A stretch of 64,000 nucleotides of DNA from an uncultured Clostridia bacterium (lineage in GTDB: Bacteria > Bacillota > Clostridia > Christensenellales > UBA1242). The stretch spans positions 8,807-72,806 of the forward strand of contig CATKXS010000004.1 of NCBI GenBank assembly GCA_949841045.1. Direction: 5' to 3'. Under the pieces are notes generated by a model, which had not been told where the DNA came from, made no database searches, and saw only the letters and a list, made by a program, of their open reading frames with translations. Below, piece after piece: positions 20,485 to 31,050 of this stretch; position 1 is the stretch's first letter; each line of letters begins with the position of its first letter. The translations under genes were made by a program, and so were the position numbers.

Positions 20485-21630
20485 ATGATTTATTTAGACA
20501 ATAGCGCAACAACATTTATTAAACCAAAAGAGGTCCTAAAAGCCGTCAATGACAGCTTAATGTTTTATTCTGCAAATCCAGGCAGAAGTGGTCATAAAGC
20601 AAGCATTAAAACTGCTTTAAAAATAGAAGAAACAAGAGAACATTTAGCAAGCCATTTTAATGCAGATAATGGTGAAAATGTTATATTCACTCACAACTGC
20701 ACTCAGGCATTAAACCTTGCTATTCTTGGTAGTGCCAAGAAAAATGGCCATGTAATTTGCACAGAAAATGAGCACAACTCCGTTTTAAGACCTTTAGAAT
20801 ACTTAAAGACTCAAGGAATTATTGATTATACTGTTGCATTTCAAAAAAATAAAAAAGGCATAACTCTAGACGACATAAAGCCACTTGTTAAAGAAAATAC
20901 ATATATGGTTATTTGCAATCATATTTCAAATGTTAACGGTGCACTTTGCGATATAGATGAAATTGGAACATATTGCAAAGAAAATAATATTATCTTTTTA
21001 GTAGATGGTGCGCAAAGTTGCGGACACCTAAAGATAGATATTAAGAAAAGCAATATTGATTTCTTAGCTGTCGCCGGACATAAAGGTTTTTATGCTCCAC
21101 AAAGCATTGGTTGTCTCATAATGAACGACAATTTCAAACCTGAGCCTATTGTTTTTGGCGGAACAGGCACAAACTCACTTGAGTTATTTCAGCCTGATAT
21201 TTTCCCAGAAAGACTTGAAAGCGGAACAATATCCACGCCTCTTATATTTGGTTTAAATGCCGGCTTGACTTTCGTAGAAAACAACTTTAAAGAAATCTCA
21301 AGCAAGATTGACGACCTTGCAACCTATCTTGTTTATGAGCTTCAAAGACTTGGTATAACTTGTTACACCGAGCCTGAAAATGCCTTCGGCGTAATCGCAT
21401 TCAATATAGGAAATTTAGACTCCGGCGAAGTCGCAAGTATATTAAGTGAAAAATATGACATTTGTGTACGTGGTGGCTACCAGTGCGCACCTCTCAAGCA
21501 CAAAGCTCTTGGCACAACCAATCAAGGCGTTGTCAGAGTTTCCATATCATACTATAACACCTTCTCTGAAATACAACGCCTTATCTATGCAATTAAGCAT
21601 ATTGCAAAAGCAAATGGCATGTCTGTATAA
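20485..21630 (+). CDS. Class V aminotransferase / cysteine desulfurase family protein
   Basis: IYLDNSATT N-terminus, HKGFYAP (PLP Lys) and a C-terminal Cys region. Confidence 0.85.
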   Translation: MIYLDNSATTFIKPKEVLKAVNDSLMFYSANPGRSGHKASIKTALKIEETREHLASHFNADNGENVIFTHNCTQALNLAILGSAKKNGHVICTENEHNSVLRPLEYLKTQGIIDYTVAFQKNKKGITLDDIKPLVKENTYMVICNHISNVNGALCDIDEIGTYCKENNIIFLVDGAQSCGHLKIDIKKSNIDFLAVAGHKGFYAPQSIGCLIMNDNFKPEPIVFGGTGTNSLELFQPDIFPERLESGTISTPLIFGLNAGLTFVENNFKEISSKIDDLATYLVYELQRLGITCYTEPENAFGVIAFNIGNLDSGEVASILSEKYDICVRGGYQCAPLKHKALGTTNQGVVRVSISYYNTFSEIQRLIYAIKHIAKANGMSV

Positions 21631-21646
21631 GCCTTTTTAGTCTATT

Positions 21647-21697
21647 AAAAAAGCTATTATGTAATGTTTTAATAACAATTACATAATAGCTAATTTT
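21647..21697. terminator. Bidirectional terminator between convergent genes
   Basis: Perfect 14-bp stem AGCTATTATGTAAT/ATTACATAATAGCT with A/T runs on both sides. Confidence 0.7.
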
Positions 21698-21710
21698 ATA
21701 TATTTTCTAT

Positions 21711-23822
21711 TTATTCTTTGTCCTCTTTTTCGGTTTTTGGAACAATGCGTTTAAGGTCAATTCTTCCCTTTTCGTCAATTTTGATAACTTCAACTTCAAC
21801 TTCGTCTCCGATTTTAACTACATCTTCAACTTTATCAACTCTCTTATTTGAAAGTTTTGAAATATGAATCATACCCTCTTTGTTGCAAGCGAATTCAACG
21901 AAAGCACCAAAATTCATAATACGAACAACCTTTCCGTCATATACGTCACCTACTTCAACATCCTCAACAATTCCTAAGATAATCTTCTTAGCCTTTTCAG
22001 CCATTTCAGAATCTTGAGAAGCAATGAATACAAGACCATCATCATCTATATCAATCTTAACGCCTGTTTCGTCGATAATCTTATTGATTGTCTTTCCGCC
22101 TGAGCCGATAACATCTTTAATCTTATCTGGATTGATTGAGAATGAAATAATCTTTGGAGCATACTTAGAAAGTTCTTTTCTTGGCTCTGGAATTTCAGCA
22201 AGGAGTTTATTCATAATAAACATTCTTCCCTCTTTAGCTTGTTTAAGAGCTGTTGTTAAGATTTGTTTATCAATTCCCTTGATTTTAATATCCATTTGGA
22301 TTGCTGTTACACCTTCACTTGTTCCTGTAACTTTGAAGTCCATATCTCCTAAGAAATCTTCAAGACCTTGAATATCTGAAAGAACGGCAACTTTATTTGA
22401 ATTTTCATCTTTAATAAGTCCCATTGCAATACCAGCAACTGGTCTTTTAATTGGCACGCCGCCGTCCATAAGAGCAAGAGTTGAGCCACAAACAGAAGCC
22501 ATTGAAGAAGAACCATTTGAAGAAAGAACTTCTGAAACAAGTCTAAGCGCATATGGGAATTCGCTTTCATCTGGAATAACTGGCTCAAGTGCTCTTTCTG
22601 CAAGCGCACCATGTCCAATTTCTCTTCTACCAGGACTCTTAATTCCTCTTGCTTCACCTGTTGCATAAGCAGGCATATTATAGTGATGAACATAGCGATT
22701 TACTTCTTCATCATCAATTCCTTCAAGCTTTTGCATATCAGAAACAGTACCAAGAGTTAAAGTTGTTAAAACTTGAGTTTGTCCACGCGTAAAGATTGCA
22801 CTGCCATGTGTTCTAGGAAGAATACCTGTTTCACACCAAATAGGTCTGATTTCAGTAAGTTTTCGTCCATCTGGTCTTACGCCCTTATCAAGAATCTTGG
22901 CTCTAACTTTTTCTTTAGTCATCTTGTAAAGAACTTGTCCAATTGCCTTTTCACTATCTGGGAAAATCTCAGCAAAATGTTCTTTAACATCTTTGTCAAC
23001 TTCTTCCTGCCTTGCAGACCTTTCTTGTCTATCAAAAGTATCTAAAGCGTGGTCAAGTTTTTTGTCAGCATATTCTCTAACTGCTGCATTAATATCCTCT
23101 GCCACAATATCATAAATAAGATTTTGAGCAAGAGGTTTGCCAATTTCTTCTTTAACTTTCTTTTGGAAAGCAACAATTTTTTTAATTTCCTCATGTGCAA
23201 ACATGATTGCATCAAGCATTGTTTCTTCTGGGACTTCTTTTGCACCCGCTTCAACCATTAAAACTGCTTCATCAGTACCAGAAACAGTTAAGCTCATTAA
23301 AGATTTTTCTCTTTGTTCTGCATTTGGATTGATAATAAATTCCCCGTCAACAAGACCAACTTGAACAGAGCCAGTAGGTCCCATGAAAGGAATATCAGAA
23401 ATTGATAAAGCAAAGCTTGAACCAAGCATTGCAAGTGGTTCTGGCGCAACGTCAGGGTCAACAGAAAGTGCTGTTGCTACAACACAAACATCATGATAGA
23501 ATCCTTTTGGGAAAAGAGGTCTCAAAGGTCTGTCAATAAGTCTTGAAGTCAAGATTGCCTTATCAGCAGGTCTACCTTCACGCTTTTTAAATCCACCTGG
23601 AATTTTTCCAACTGAATACATTTTTTCCTCAAAATCAACTGAAAGTGGGAAAAAGTCAATTCCTGGTCTAGGCTCTTTTGACATTGTTACGTTTACCATA
23701 ACAACGGTTTCTCCGCATCTTACAAGGCATGAACCGTTTGACTGTTCACAAAGTCTGCCAGTTTCAAAAGAAATGGTTTTTCCACCAACTTCTATGCTAT
23801 AAATTTTTGCATCTTCTTTCAT
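21711..23822 (-). CDS. pnp: Polyribonucleotide nucleotidyltransferase (PNPase)
   Basis: Two RNase PH domains, then KH and S1 domains. rpsO-pnp order. Confidence 0.97.
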   Translation of the reverse strand: MKEDAKIYSIEVGGKTISFETGRLCEQSNGSCLVRCGETVVMVNVTMSKEPRPGIDFFPLSVDFEEKMYSVGKIPGGFKKREGRPADKAILTSRLIDRPLRPLFPKGFYHDVCVVATALSVDPDVAPEPLAMLGSSFALSISDIPFMGPTGSVQVGLVDGEFIINPNAEQREKSLMSLTVSGTDEAVLMVEAGAKEVPEETMLDAIMFAHEEIKKIVAFQKKVKEEIGKPLAQNLIYDIVAEDINAAVREYADKKLDHALDTFDRQERSARQEEVDKDVKEHFAEIFPDSEKAIGQVLYKMTKEKVRAKILDKGVRPDGRKLTEIRPIWCETGILPRTHGSAIFTRGQTQVLTTLTLGTVSDMQKLEGIDDEEVNRYVHHYNMPAYATGEARGIKSPGRREIGHGALAERALEPVIPDESEFPYALRLVSEVLSSNGSSSMASVCGSTLALMDGGVPIKRPVAGIAMGLIKDENSNKVAVLSDIQGLEDFLGDMDFKVTGTSEGVTAIQMDIKIKGIDKQILTTALKQAKEGRMFIMNKLLAEIPEPRKELSKYAPKIISFSINPDKIKDVIGSGGKTINKIIDETGVKIDIDDDGLVFIASQDSEMAEKAKKIILGIVEDVEVGDVYDGKVVRIMNFGAFVEFACNKEGMIHISKLSNKRVDKVEDVVKIGDEVEVEVIKIDEKGRIDLKRIVPKTEKEDKE

Positions 23823-23873
23823 ATAATCTCCTTAATTTTTGTAGACAACTCTTGAAATTATCCACACATTCCT

Positions 23874-23901
23874 AAAAAAAGGGAGCAATAAAAAACTCCC
23901 C
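23874..23901 (-). terminator. rpsO terminator / pnp leader hairpin
   Basis: Minus-sense GGGAG-uuuuuuauug-CUCCC followed by U7. Confidence 0.6.
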
Positions 23902-23911
23902 CATTTTTTAA

Positions 23912-24172
23912 TTATTTTACTTCACGAATACCAAGTTCTTTGATAAGCTTTCTGTATGCTTCAATGTCTTTATCTTTAAGGTAAAGAAGAAAACCTTTTC
24001 TCTTACCAACCATTTGAAGAAGACCGCGTCTAGAATGATTGTCTTTCTTGTTAAGCTTTAAGTGCTCGTTTAAGTGGTTAATTCTTTGAGTCAAAAGGGC
24101 AACTTGAACTTGAACAGAACCTGTATCATTCTCTGAAAGTTTGAACTTGTCAATAATCTCTTTCTTTTCCAT
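23912..24172 (-). CDS. rpsO: 30S ribosomal protein S15
   Basis: [35 protein letters not shown]. Confidence 0.95.
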   Translation of the reverse strand: MEKKEIIDKFKLSENDTGSVQVQVALLTQRINHLNEHLKLNKKDNHSRRGLLQMVGKRKGFLLYLKDKDIEAYRKLIKELGIREVK

Positions 24173-24308
24173 TTGTTCCTCCTATTTATTATTTTTATCC
24201 TTTAAGCGAAGCAATAAGCCAGAAGGTCTCTAAATCACTGCGCAAAAGGTTTAATCGACTTTTTTAGTATAACACATTTAAGCCAACTTGTCTACTATTT
24301 TTTATTTT

Positions 24309-25715
24309 TTATTTATAAAATTCTTTCTTTTTTTCAAGCATCTCATCAAAGCGAGAAATATAATCTTCTATAAACTTAACATTTGCAAGCCTTTCAATGC
24401 GATTTTCAAGATTGAACACACGTTTACTAATCGCCCCCGCACCAATTCCTATAATTGTATTGGTTTCTTCCATACTTTCAATATTGAACATACAAAGATG
24501 TTCATCTCTATAATAACCCACATTTTCAAGCCCTTTAAGCTGATTTTTTTGTCTATAAAGATAATATGGTTTATACCCATTTTTGGCAAGTTCAACTTCT
24601 GCAAATTCCACCATTTTGTCTACATCTTTATCGCTAACAAGATATGTGTTATCTCTAAGAAGAGCCCCATTCTTAATTGAAAGCGTATGGATTGTAATAT
24701 TATGAGGAGCAAGCTCCAAACAAGTATTGACTGTGCGTTTAAATATGCCAACTTTTTCGCCCGGCAGTCCAGCAATAATATCCATATTTACAACAAAATC
24801 ACGTTCAAGCGCCCAAGTATAAGCTTCAAGCACTTGGCTATTTTTTTGTTTTCTTCCAATGCGTTTTAAAGTCGCTTCGCAGAAAGTTTGAGGATTTATA
24901 CTTAATCTTGTCACCCCTCTTTTCTTCAAAACATCAAGTTTTTCAGGAGTAATCGTATCAGGCCTGCCACACTCAACAGTAAACTCATTTACAGGAAAGT
25001 TTAAGTTACTTAAAAGTTTGTCAAGCTCCTTTGCACTAAGAACTGAAGGCGTGCCTCCGCCTATATAAATGTTTCTTACCATATAGGCTTTTTTCTTGAT
25101 GATTTCCTTAACACAACCTATTTCTTTTATAAGGCAATCTATATACTCTTCTACTCTATTTTTAACTCTTGCAAGTTCACTTGAAATAAACGAGCAATAT
25201 AGGCAACGCGTTGGACAAATAGGAATATTTATATAAATATCAATAAGGTTATCATTTCTTATTATTCCCTTTTGATTTTTAATAATTTGTCCAGTCAGCC
25301 TTGCTTTTTGGTTTGACACAAAATAATCTCTTGAAAGAATTTCTGGTACTGTATGCGCTTTTGCCTCACCATACTCAATAAGGTCGCGAGCAAATTTTGA
25401 AGGACGAACCCCCGTTAGCGAACCCCAAGGAAGGGACATATTGTATTCTTTCGACAAAATTCGATAAAGATTATTCTTAACCATGCGTTTTTTATAAGAT
25501 TTTAAACGAAGCGGAGTTAAAGACTTGTCAAGTTTATATTCAAAATTAAATTCTTTTTTATTATCATCTCTTATAAGAGTAAAAAAGTCTTTTACTATAA
25601 AGTCTTCAATTTCTTCTTCATGTGTAAGCATATCTTCATTATCATTAAGCCCAAACAATTTGCAAAGGTCTTGAAATTCAATCGCATACTCTTCAACATT
25701 GGTACTTATTTTCAT
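24309..25715 (-). CDS. HemN/HemZ-like radical SAM protein (oxygen-independent coproporphyrinogen oxidase family)
   Basis: CPTRCLYCSF radical-SAM cluster motif and a length of ~470 aa. ATGA overlap with the relA stop. Confidence 0.8.
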   Translation of the reverse strand: MKISTNVEEYAIEFQDLCKLFGLNDNEDMLTHEEEIEDFIVKDFFTLIRDDNKKEFNFEYKLDKSLTPLRLKSYKKRMVKNNLYRILSKEYNMSLPWGSLTGVRPSKFARDLIEYGEAKAHTVPEILSRDYFVSNQKARLTGQIIKNQKGIIRNDNLIDIYINIPICPTRCLYCSFISSELARVKNRVEEYIDCLIKEIGCVKEIIKKKAYMVRNIYIGGGTPSVLSAKELDKLLSNLNFPVNEFTVECGRPDTITPEKLDVLKKRGVTRLSINPQTFCEATLKRIGRKQKNSQVLEAYTWALERDFVVNMDIIAGLPGEKVGIFKRTVNTCLELAPHNITIHTLSIKNGALLRDNTYLVSDKDVDKMVEFAEVELAKNGYKPYYLYRQKNQLKGLENVGYYRDEHLCMFNIESMEETNTIIGIGAGAISKRVFNLENRIERLANVKFIEDYISRFDEMLEKKKEFYK

Positions 25716-27811
25716 CTTTCACTCCTATAAACGCTGATTACATTTTTGAGTCCTTGAATTGAACGTATTGCACTATTAAGCTCTTCTTTGTTTTTGACAT
25801 CAATTATAAGGTTACATACAAAGCTGTCGCCTACATCCTTTGCCTCAAAGCCTTTGATAGCAATTTTCAAACCAGTAATGAGGTTTGTAAGCCTGCCAAT
25901 GTTATTGTCTGACTTAATTGCTACAACTTTAATATTGGCCGTAAAGGTAGCATTTTCTTTCATTTGCCATTGTGCCTCAATAAGCCTTTCTTTTTCAAGG
26001 TAATCTATATTTGCGCAATTGCATCTGTGAATAGTGACTCCTCTACCGCGTGAAATATATCCTATAATATCATCGCCCTCGATAGGATTACAACATCTAG
26101 CAAATCTTACAAGCATTCCACTATCTCCGTCTACAAGAACACCGTCTTTGTTACGTTTAAGATGAACAACGTTCTCAAACTTAGGAATGTTTTGATTTTG
26201 GTTGTTAAAGTTAGTTACGCATCTAGCAACAATATTTGATGCAGAAAGAGAGCCTGAACCGATAGAGGCATATATCTCATCTATTGTCTCCATGTTATAT
26301 TTTTTAAGAAGTTCTTGTGTTGTTTTTTCGGTTAAAAGTTGAGAAGAAGTAAAGCCTCTATCCTGCATTGCAACAATGAGCATTGTTCTGCCAAGTTTAA
26401 TATTTTCCTCTTTAAGTTCATTTTTAAAGAAAGCTTTTATTTTGCCTCTCGCACTCGAAGTTTTAACAAATTTAAGCCAGTCTCTCGAAGGCCCTTTAGA
26501 ATGCGGATTTGTAATAATCTCAACAATATCACCATTACGCAGCGGTGAAGAAAAAGGCTTTAATTGACCATTTATCTTTGCACCAACGCATTTGTTTCCT
26601 ATATCTGAGTGAATTGCATAGGCAAAGTCAATAACAGTTGAGCCTTGAGGAAATTCAAGAACTTTACCCTTTGGAGTTTGAACGACAAGAAGTCCTTCAT
26701 ATAAATCACTTTTAAGGGTTTCAATAAACTCTTCATCAGACATCTTTTGAGCGTTGTCAATGGTCTGTCTAAACCAAGTCATTCTTTTGTCAAAAGCATC
26801 TTGTTTTGACTTCTTTTCTTTATAAAGCCAGTGAGAATACACCCCATATTCAGACTCTCTGTTCATTTCTTCTGTACGAATTTGCACTTCAAGTGGCTTT
26901 TGATTTTCAACAATTATAGTTGTATGGAGCGATTGATAACCATTTGGTTTTGGGTTTGCAATATAGTCTTTAACTCTTCCAAGCATTGGTTTATAAAGTC
27001 CATGAATCCTGCCTAAAACAGAATAGCATTCTTCAACAGTATTAACAATAACTCTCATTGCCAAAATATCATAAATTTGGCTTAAATTAAGATTTTTATT
27101 ATGTAGTTTATTGAAGATAGATGAAATATGTTTAATTCGACATAAAATTTCACCATTTATATTTAATTCTTTAAGCAAATTTTCAAGTTTAGTCCTAGTA
27201 AGCTCAAGTTGTTTGCGGTTTTCTTCTTCTTGGCTTTCTACAGCAAGTTTAAGTCTTATGTATTCATCTGGATACTCAAGTCTTATAACATTATCGAATA
27301 AAAGCTGTTTAAGTTTATCAAGTCCTAAACGCTCAGACAATGGAACATGAATATCCCTTACCTGCTTCACAAAATTCTTTTGGCTGTCAGAAAGCGGATT
27401 ATTTAAAACTGAAATGTCATAATAAATACCGAATAGCTTAATTATAACTACCCGAAGGTCATTTCCCATAACAAGGAATATTCTTTTTATATCATCTGCT
27501 TCTACGCTTGAAGTAAGACTGTTTATATCTTTGATTGTTTGAAAATATTTTATCATTTCTTTTTCTTCAATCGTGAAGTCTTGATATAACTTTTCTGCTA
27601 TTTCTGGTTCTACCTTGTATAATTGATATGCAAGAAAAGAGAGCATCGAAGCTTTGTCAAGTTTACCTGAAACAATGAGCTGGGCAATAGAAAAAACTCT
27701 ATCAAGATTTATGTCATATTTGACAATCTCCTGCACCACTTCTTTTTCTTTATCTGTTAATGAATAGGCCTCATTAATTAGGCTTATAATCTGCTTTTCC
27801 GTATTTTCCAT
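25712..27811 (-). CDS. relA: Long RelA/SpoT homologue ((p)ppGpp synthetase) with degenerate hydrolase domain
   Basis: Synthetase motifs YDILAMRVIV, GRVKDYIANPKPNGYQSLHTTI and EVQIRTEEM, with TGS and ACT domains present. The N-terminal ~190 aa lack the HD-domain residues. Confidence 0.9.
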   Translation of the reverse strand: MENTEKQIISLINEAYSLTDKEKEVVQEIVKYDINLDRVFSIAQLIVSGKLDKASMLSFLAYQLYKVEPEIAEKLYQDFTIEEKEMIKYFQTIKDINSLTSSVEADDIKRIFLVMGNDLRVVIIKLFGIYYDISVLNNPLSDSQKNFVKQVRDIHVPLSERLGLDKLKQLLFDNVIRLEYPDEYIRLKLAVESQEEENRKQLELTRTKLENLLKELNINGEILCRIKHISSIFNKLHNKNLNLSQIYDILAMRVIVNTVEECYSVLGRIHGLYKPMLGRVKDYIANPKPNGYQSLHTTIIVENQKPLEVQIRTEEMNRESEYGVYSHWLYKEKKSKQDAFDKRMTWFRQTIDNAQKMSDEEFIETLKSDLYEGLLVVQTPKGKVLEFPQGSTVIDFAYAIHSDIGNKCVGAKINGQLKPFSSPLRNGDIVEIITNPHSKGPSRDWLKFVKTSSARGKIKAFFKNELKEENIKLGRTMLIVAMQDRGFTSSQLLTEKTTQELLKKYNMETIDEIYASIGSGSLSASNIVARCVTNFNNQNQNIPKFENVVHLKRNKDGVLVDGDSGMLVRFARCCNPIEGDDIIGYISRGRGVTIHRCNCANIDYLEKERLIEAQWQMKENATFTANIKVVAIKSDNNIGRLTNLITGLKIAIKGFEAKDVGDSFVCNLIIDVKNKEELNSAIRSIQGLKNVISVYRSER

Positions 27812-30176
27812 TGTTTGCCTCTCCTTTAAGAGTGTCTTTTAATAAAACAATACTATTATAAATTTTTGATTTGGTTAGTTCTGACTTGATTTTTTCATTT
27901 ATCTTAAGTGTAAAATTCTTATCTTCAAGTATAGAGATAATTCCAAGTTGACTAAAGACTAAAAGTGCTGAATAGAAAGTAAAAAAGGTTATTTGTTGCG
28001 ACAAGTCTAATTTGTCATATAAGTCAAAAATATTTAAAATTGATTTTCCATTAAATTTGGTAAGTTCTTTAAAAATCTTTCCATAACTTTCGCGTGAAAT
28101 ATCCAGCCCCGCAAACTTGCGTGGATTTCCCTTTTCACCCTCAAGCGGAACAAAAATTTCTGCATCAGTAACTTTGTTTAGCTCGGCGATAAAGCCGTTA
28201 TCAATTACTGGCGATAAAAATACAATTTTTGAAAAGTTTTTAGCCCAAGCTGTACCCTTTGGTGCAAGAAGCACTGTGTTATAACCTATAAGCCTATCTT
28301 CATATATCCCAAAATGATATATGCCCTGAGTGCTATAATCTTTACAGAAATCAACATAATCAAAGCATGAATAAGCCACAAAACAAGTTCCAAACACAGA
28401 GTTTGAAGTGCCACTTACAAAATTCAATAGCTCGCTCTTTGGATAAAGTGAGAATTTAGCTTCACCTTTATCAGCATAAGCAAGCTGATTAAGTTCAATC
28501 GCGTTAAGCTTTTTATATGCGTTCTCAACTATAAAACTTCCCCCGTCAAAAGCAGACACTGTTCCATTGAGAGAATTTGTATCAAGTTCAAAAATGAAAG
28601 ACTTTTGTCTTGAAAAATAGATTTTAATTATGCTGTCGGTATAATTAAAATAAACAAGGTTAAGTTTGCCAATTTTTATTTTTGCATGCTGGCTCAATCT
28701 TTTCATTGGCGATATTTCAGCATCTTGAACGGTAATCTTAAATTTTGGTCTTGGATTGCCACAACCAACAGGCTCTAAAAGGTTTAATTCCTTAACAAAA
28801 TCTGGAGTCAAATCTTCTTCAGTAATTTCTTGGTCATAATACTCAATAGGCATAAAAACTGAGTCATTTATTTTTGTAAGCGCAAATGAATTTATCTTTT
28901 GAGTAAAGAGTTTATAATTTTCAAGTTTGAGTGAAAGTCCAGCCGCCATTGAATGTCCGCCGAAAGTCACTAAAATATCTTTTAAAGAAGACAAAAGTTC
29001 GTGAATATTAATATCATCAATACTTCGTCCAGACCCGCTTAAAAGGTCGCCTTCTTGAACAAACAAAAAGACCGGCTTATGATATTTTTCAACAAGACGA
29101 GAACAAACAATTCCAAGAACACCCTTATCCCAAGCTTTAGACGCAAGAGTGATAACCCTTTGATTTTTCATATCAACTTTTTTTAGAGCTTTTTCACAGT
29201 CATCATAAATCGTGTTGCAAATTTCCTGCCTCTTGGTATTATGCCCCTTTATCTTTTCAAGATATTTCTTTATTACAACAGGGTCAGTTTCAAGATAAAG
29301 TTTTAGTGAATCAGAAGCGTCCCCCATACGACCTGACGCATTGAGTTTTGGTCCAATTTTAAATGAAATATTTGTAGAATTTGGACTCTTAAGATTTAAG
29401 CCATATTCTCTAAACATCATCTTTAAACCTATAGGTAAATGTTTTTCAAATAACTTAAAACCTCGTGTTACTATTGTGCGATTTTCACCTTTTAAAGTCA
29501 CAATGTCAACTATTGTAGCAATAGCTGCAATAGGCAAATACTGCTCTGCTTCCATCTTCCCAAGCAGTGCCTGAGCAAATTTATAAGCCACACCAGTTCC
29601 ACAAAGTTCTCTAAAAGGATATTCTTGATTTTCAAGCTTTGCATTGACAACAATAGTATCTGGCAAAACCTCTGGAATCTCATGGTGGTCAGTGACAATA
29701 ATCTCAATTCCCTTGTTTTTAGCGTATTCAACTTCGCTAGCACAAGAAATACCACAATCCACTGTTATAATCAAATTTGGATTGTATTTTTGATATATTT
29801 TATCTATCACCGCATTGGTTAAACCATAACCGTCAATAAATCTATTTGGAAGATAGTAATCAGCTTGCACCCCAAAAGAAGCCAAAGCTTTAAGCATAAT
29901 AGCTGTGGCACTCACTCCATCTACATCATAATCGCCAAAGATAAGAACCTTATCTTTAAGTTCTCTCGCTAGTTTAACCCTGTCAACAAGTTCACGCATG
30001 CCTTTGAGTAAAAAAGGGTCATGAAGTACACTTGGATTTAGATATTCTTCAAATTCTTGCTCGTTTTTAATTCCTCTTGCTAAAATCAAATCACAAATTC
30101 GAGGTGAAAGATTGTACTTTTCTGCGAAATATTGAACTTTATCGGCGCCTTCATTAAAAAATTTTTTAAATACCAT
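27774..30176 (-). CDS. recJ: Single-stranded-DNA-specific exonuclease RecJ
   Basis: DHH motifs (GDYDVDGVS, TVDCG, VTDHH) and DHHA1 (GGHSMAAG). Confidence 0.9.
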   Translation of the reverse strand: MVFKKFFNEGADKVQYFAEKYNLSPRICDLILARGIKNEQEFEEYLNPSVLHDPFLLKGMRELVDRVKLARELKDKVLIFGDYDVDGVSATAIMLKALASFGVQADYYLPNRFIDGYGLTNAVIDKIYQKYNPNLIITVDCGISCASEVEYAKNKGIEIIVTDHHEIPEVLPDTIVVNAKLENQEYPFRELCGTGVAYKFAQALLGKMEAEQYLPIAAIATIVDIVTLKGENRTIVTRGFKLFEKHLPIGLKMMFREYGLNLKSPNSTNISFKIGPKLNASGRMGDASDSLKLYLETDPVVIKKYLEKIKGHNTKRQEICNTIYDDCEKALKKVDMKNQRVITLASKAWDKGVLGIVCSRLVEKYHKPVFLFVQEGDLLSGSGRSIDDINIHELLSSLKDILVTFGGHSMAAGLSLKLENYKLFTQKINSFALTKINDSVFMPIEYYDQEITEEDLTPDFVKELNLLEPVGCGNPRPKFKITVQDAEISPMKRLSQHAKIKIGKLNLVYFNYTDSIIKIYFSRQKSFIFELDTNSLNGTVSAFDGGSFIVENAYKKLNAIELNQLAYADKGEAKFSLYPKSELLNFVSGTSNSVFGTCFVAYSCFDYVDFCKDYSTQGIYHFGIYEDRLIGYNTVLLAPKGTAWAKNFSKIVFLSPVIDNGFIAELNKVTDAEIFVPLEGEKGNPRKFAGLDISRESYGKIFKELTKFNGKSILNIFDLYDKLDLSQQITFFTFYSALLVFSQLGIISILEDKNFTLKINEKIKSELTKSKIYNSIVLLKDTLKGEANNGKYGKADYKPN

Positions 30177-30280
30177 AGACCGCCTACCTTCTGTCAGCTG
30201 CCTAACAGAAATCTCATACTTTTATTATACCTATCCGCTTTTTTAAAGGCAAGCAATTAAGAGCAAAAATTCAAGAAAAA

Positions 30281-30304
30281 CAAAAAAGACCATAATTTAT
30301 GGTC
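30281..30304 (-). terminator. Rho-independent terminator
   Basis: Minus-sense GACCAUAA-a-UUAUGGUC followed by U6. Confidence 0.6.
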
Positions 30305-30316
30305 AATTTGCAATTT

Positions 30317-31015
30317 TTATTTTACATAAACAAGTCTGCGACAATGCTCGCAAGTTATAATTCCCTCTTCATTGAGCTTTGTAACATTTGCGAAAGGAAG
30401 TTCAATATGGCAACCACCGCAAGAGTTTCCGTTTAATGGAACAAGCACTGGGAATACATTCTCTTTTCTGCGTTTCTGATAAGCCTCCATAACATTAGAC
30501 TCAATTGACTTTGCAAGTTCTCCAAGCTTAACTGCAATTTCTGCTTTCTTCTTTTCAGTTTCAGCCACGTCATTATCATAAGCTTGTTTTCTCTTTGCAT
30601 ACTCTTCTTTCGCAATGTTAAAGTTTTTGATTGTCTTATTGAAATCTGCAAGAACTGCATTCATGTTTTCTGCAAGACTTGTCAAATTTTTCTCTAAAAT
30701 CGAAAGGTTTTGACTTAATTTATCTTTAAGAGAATTCAATTTTTCTATCTCTTCTTTTGACATTTTATCTAAATCTTTAGATAAAAATTCTTGCATTTTC
30801 TCTTGTTGAAGTTTTACTTGACCTTTTACCTTGTCAATTTCTTTTAAAAGCCTCCCGGCATTTTCTTCAAGTTTTACAGAACGAGATTGACTTGCCTTCA
30901 TGCTTTCTCTAAGCTCATCTGCCTTCTTCTTATTTTGGTTTTCTCTCAAACCTTTCTCTATTTTAAACATATCGCTGTCTAAAGACTGATATTTTAAAAT
31001 CATATCAACATTCAT
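30317..31015 (-). CDS. Coiled-coil protein with C4 zinc ribbon (COG1579-like)
   Basis: Long coiled coil, then CGGCHIELP...CEHCRRLVY. Confidence 0.7.
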   Translation of the reverse strand: MNVDMILKYQSLDSDMFKIEKGLRENQNKKKADELRESMKASQSRSVKLEENAGRLLKEIDKVKGQVKLQQEKMQEFLSKDLDKMSKEEIEKLNSLKDKLSQNLSILEKNLTSLAENMNAVLADFNKTIKNFNIAKEEYAKRKQAYDNDVAETEKKKAEIAVKLGELAKSIESNVMEAYQKRRKENVFPVLVPLNGNSCGGCHIELPFANVTKLNEEGIITCEHCRRLVYVK

Positions 31016-31050
31016 ATTTTTCCCCTTTTATAAGCCACATCGGGCTTTCA

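Noticed and set aside
23858-23866. Perfect DnaA box TTATCCACA in the rpsO-pnp intergenic region.
   Set aside because: It is a single isolated 9-mer. One such match on either strand in 64 kb of AT-rich DNA is about what chance gives.
24173-24308. Autoregulatory S15 (rpsO) leader RNA.
   Set aside because: A promoter (TAGACA-17-TATACT) and a ~100-nt 5' UTR exist. I could not identify the conserved S15-binding fold by eye, so this needs a covariance-model search.
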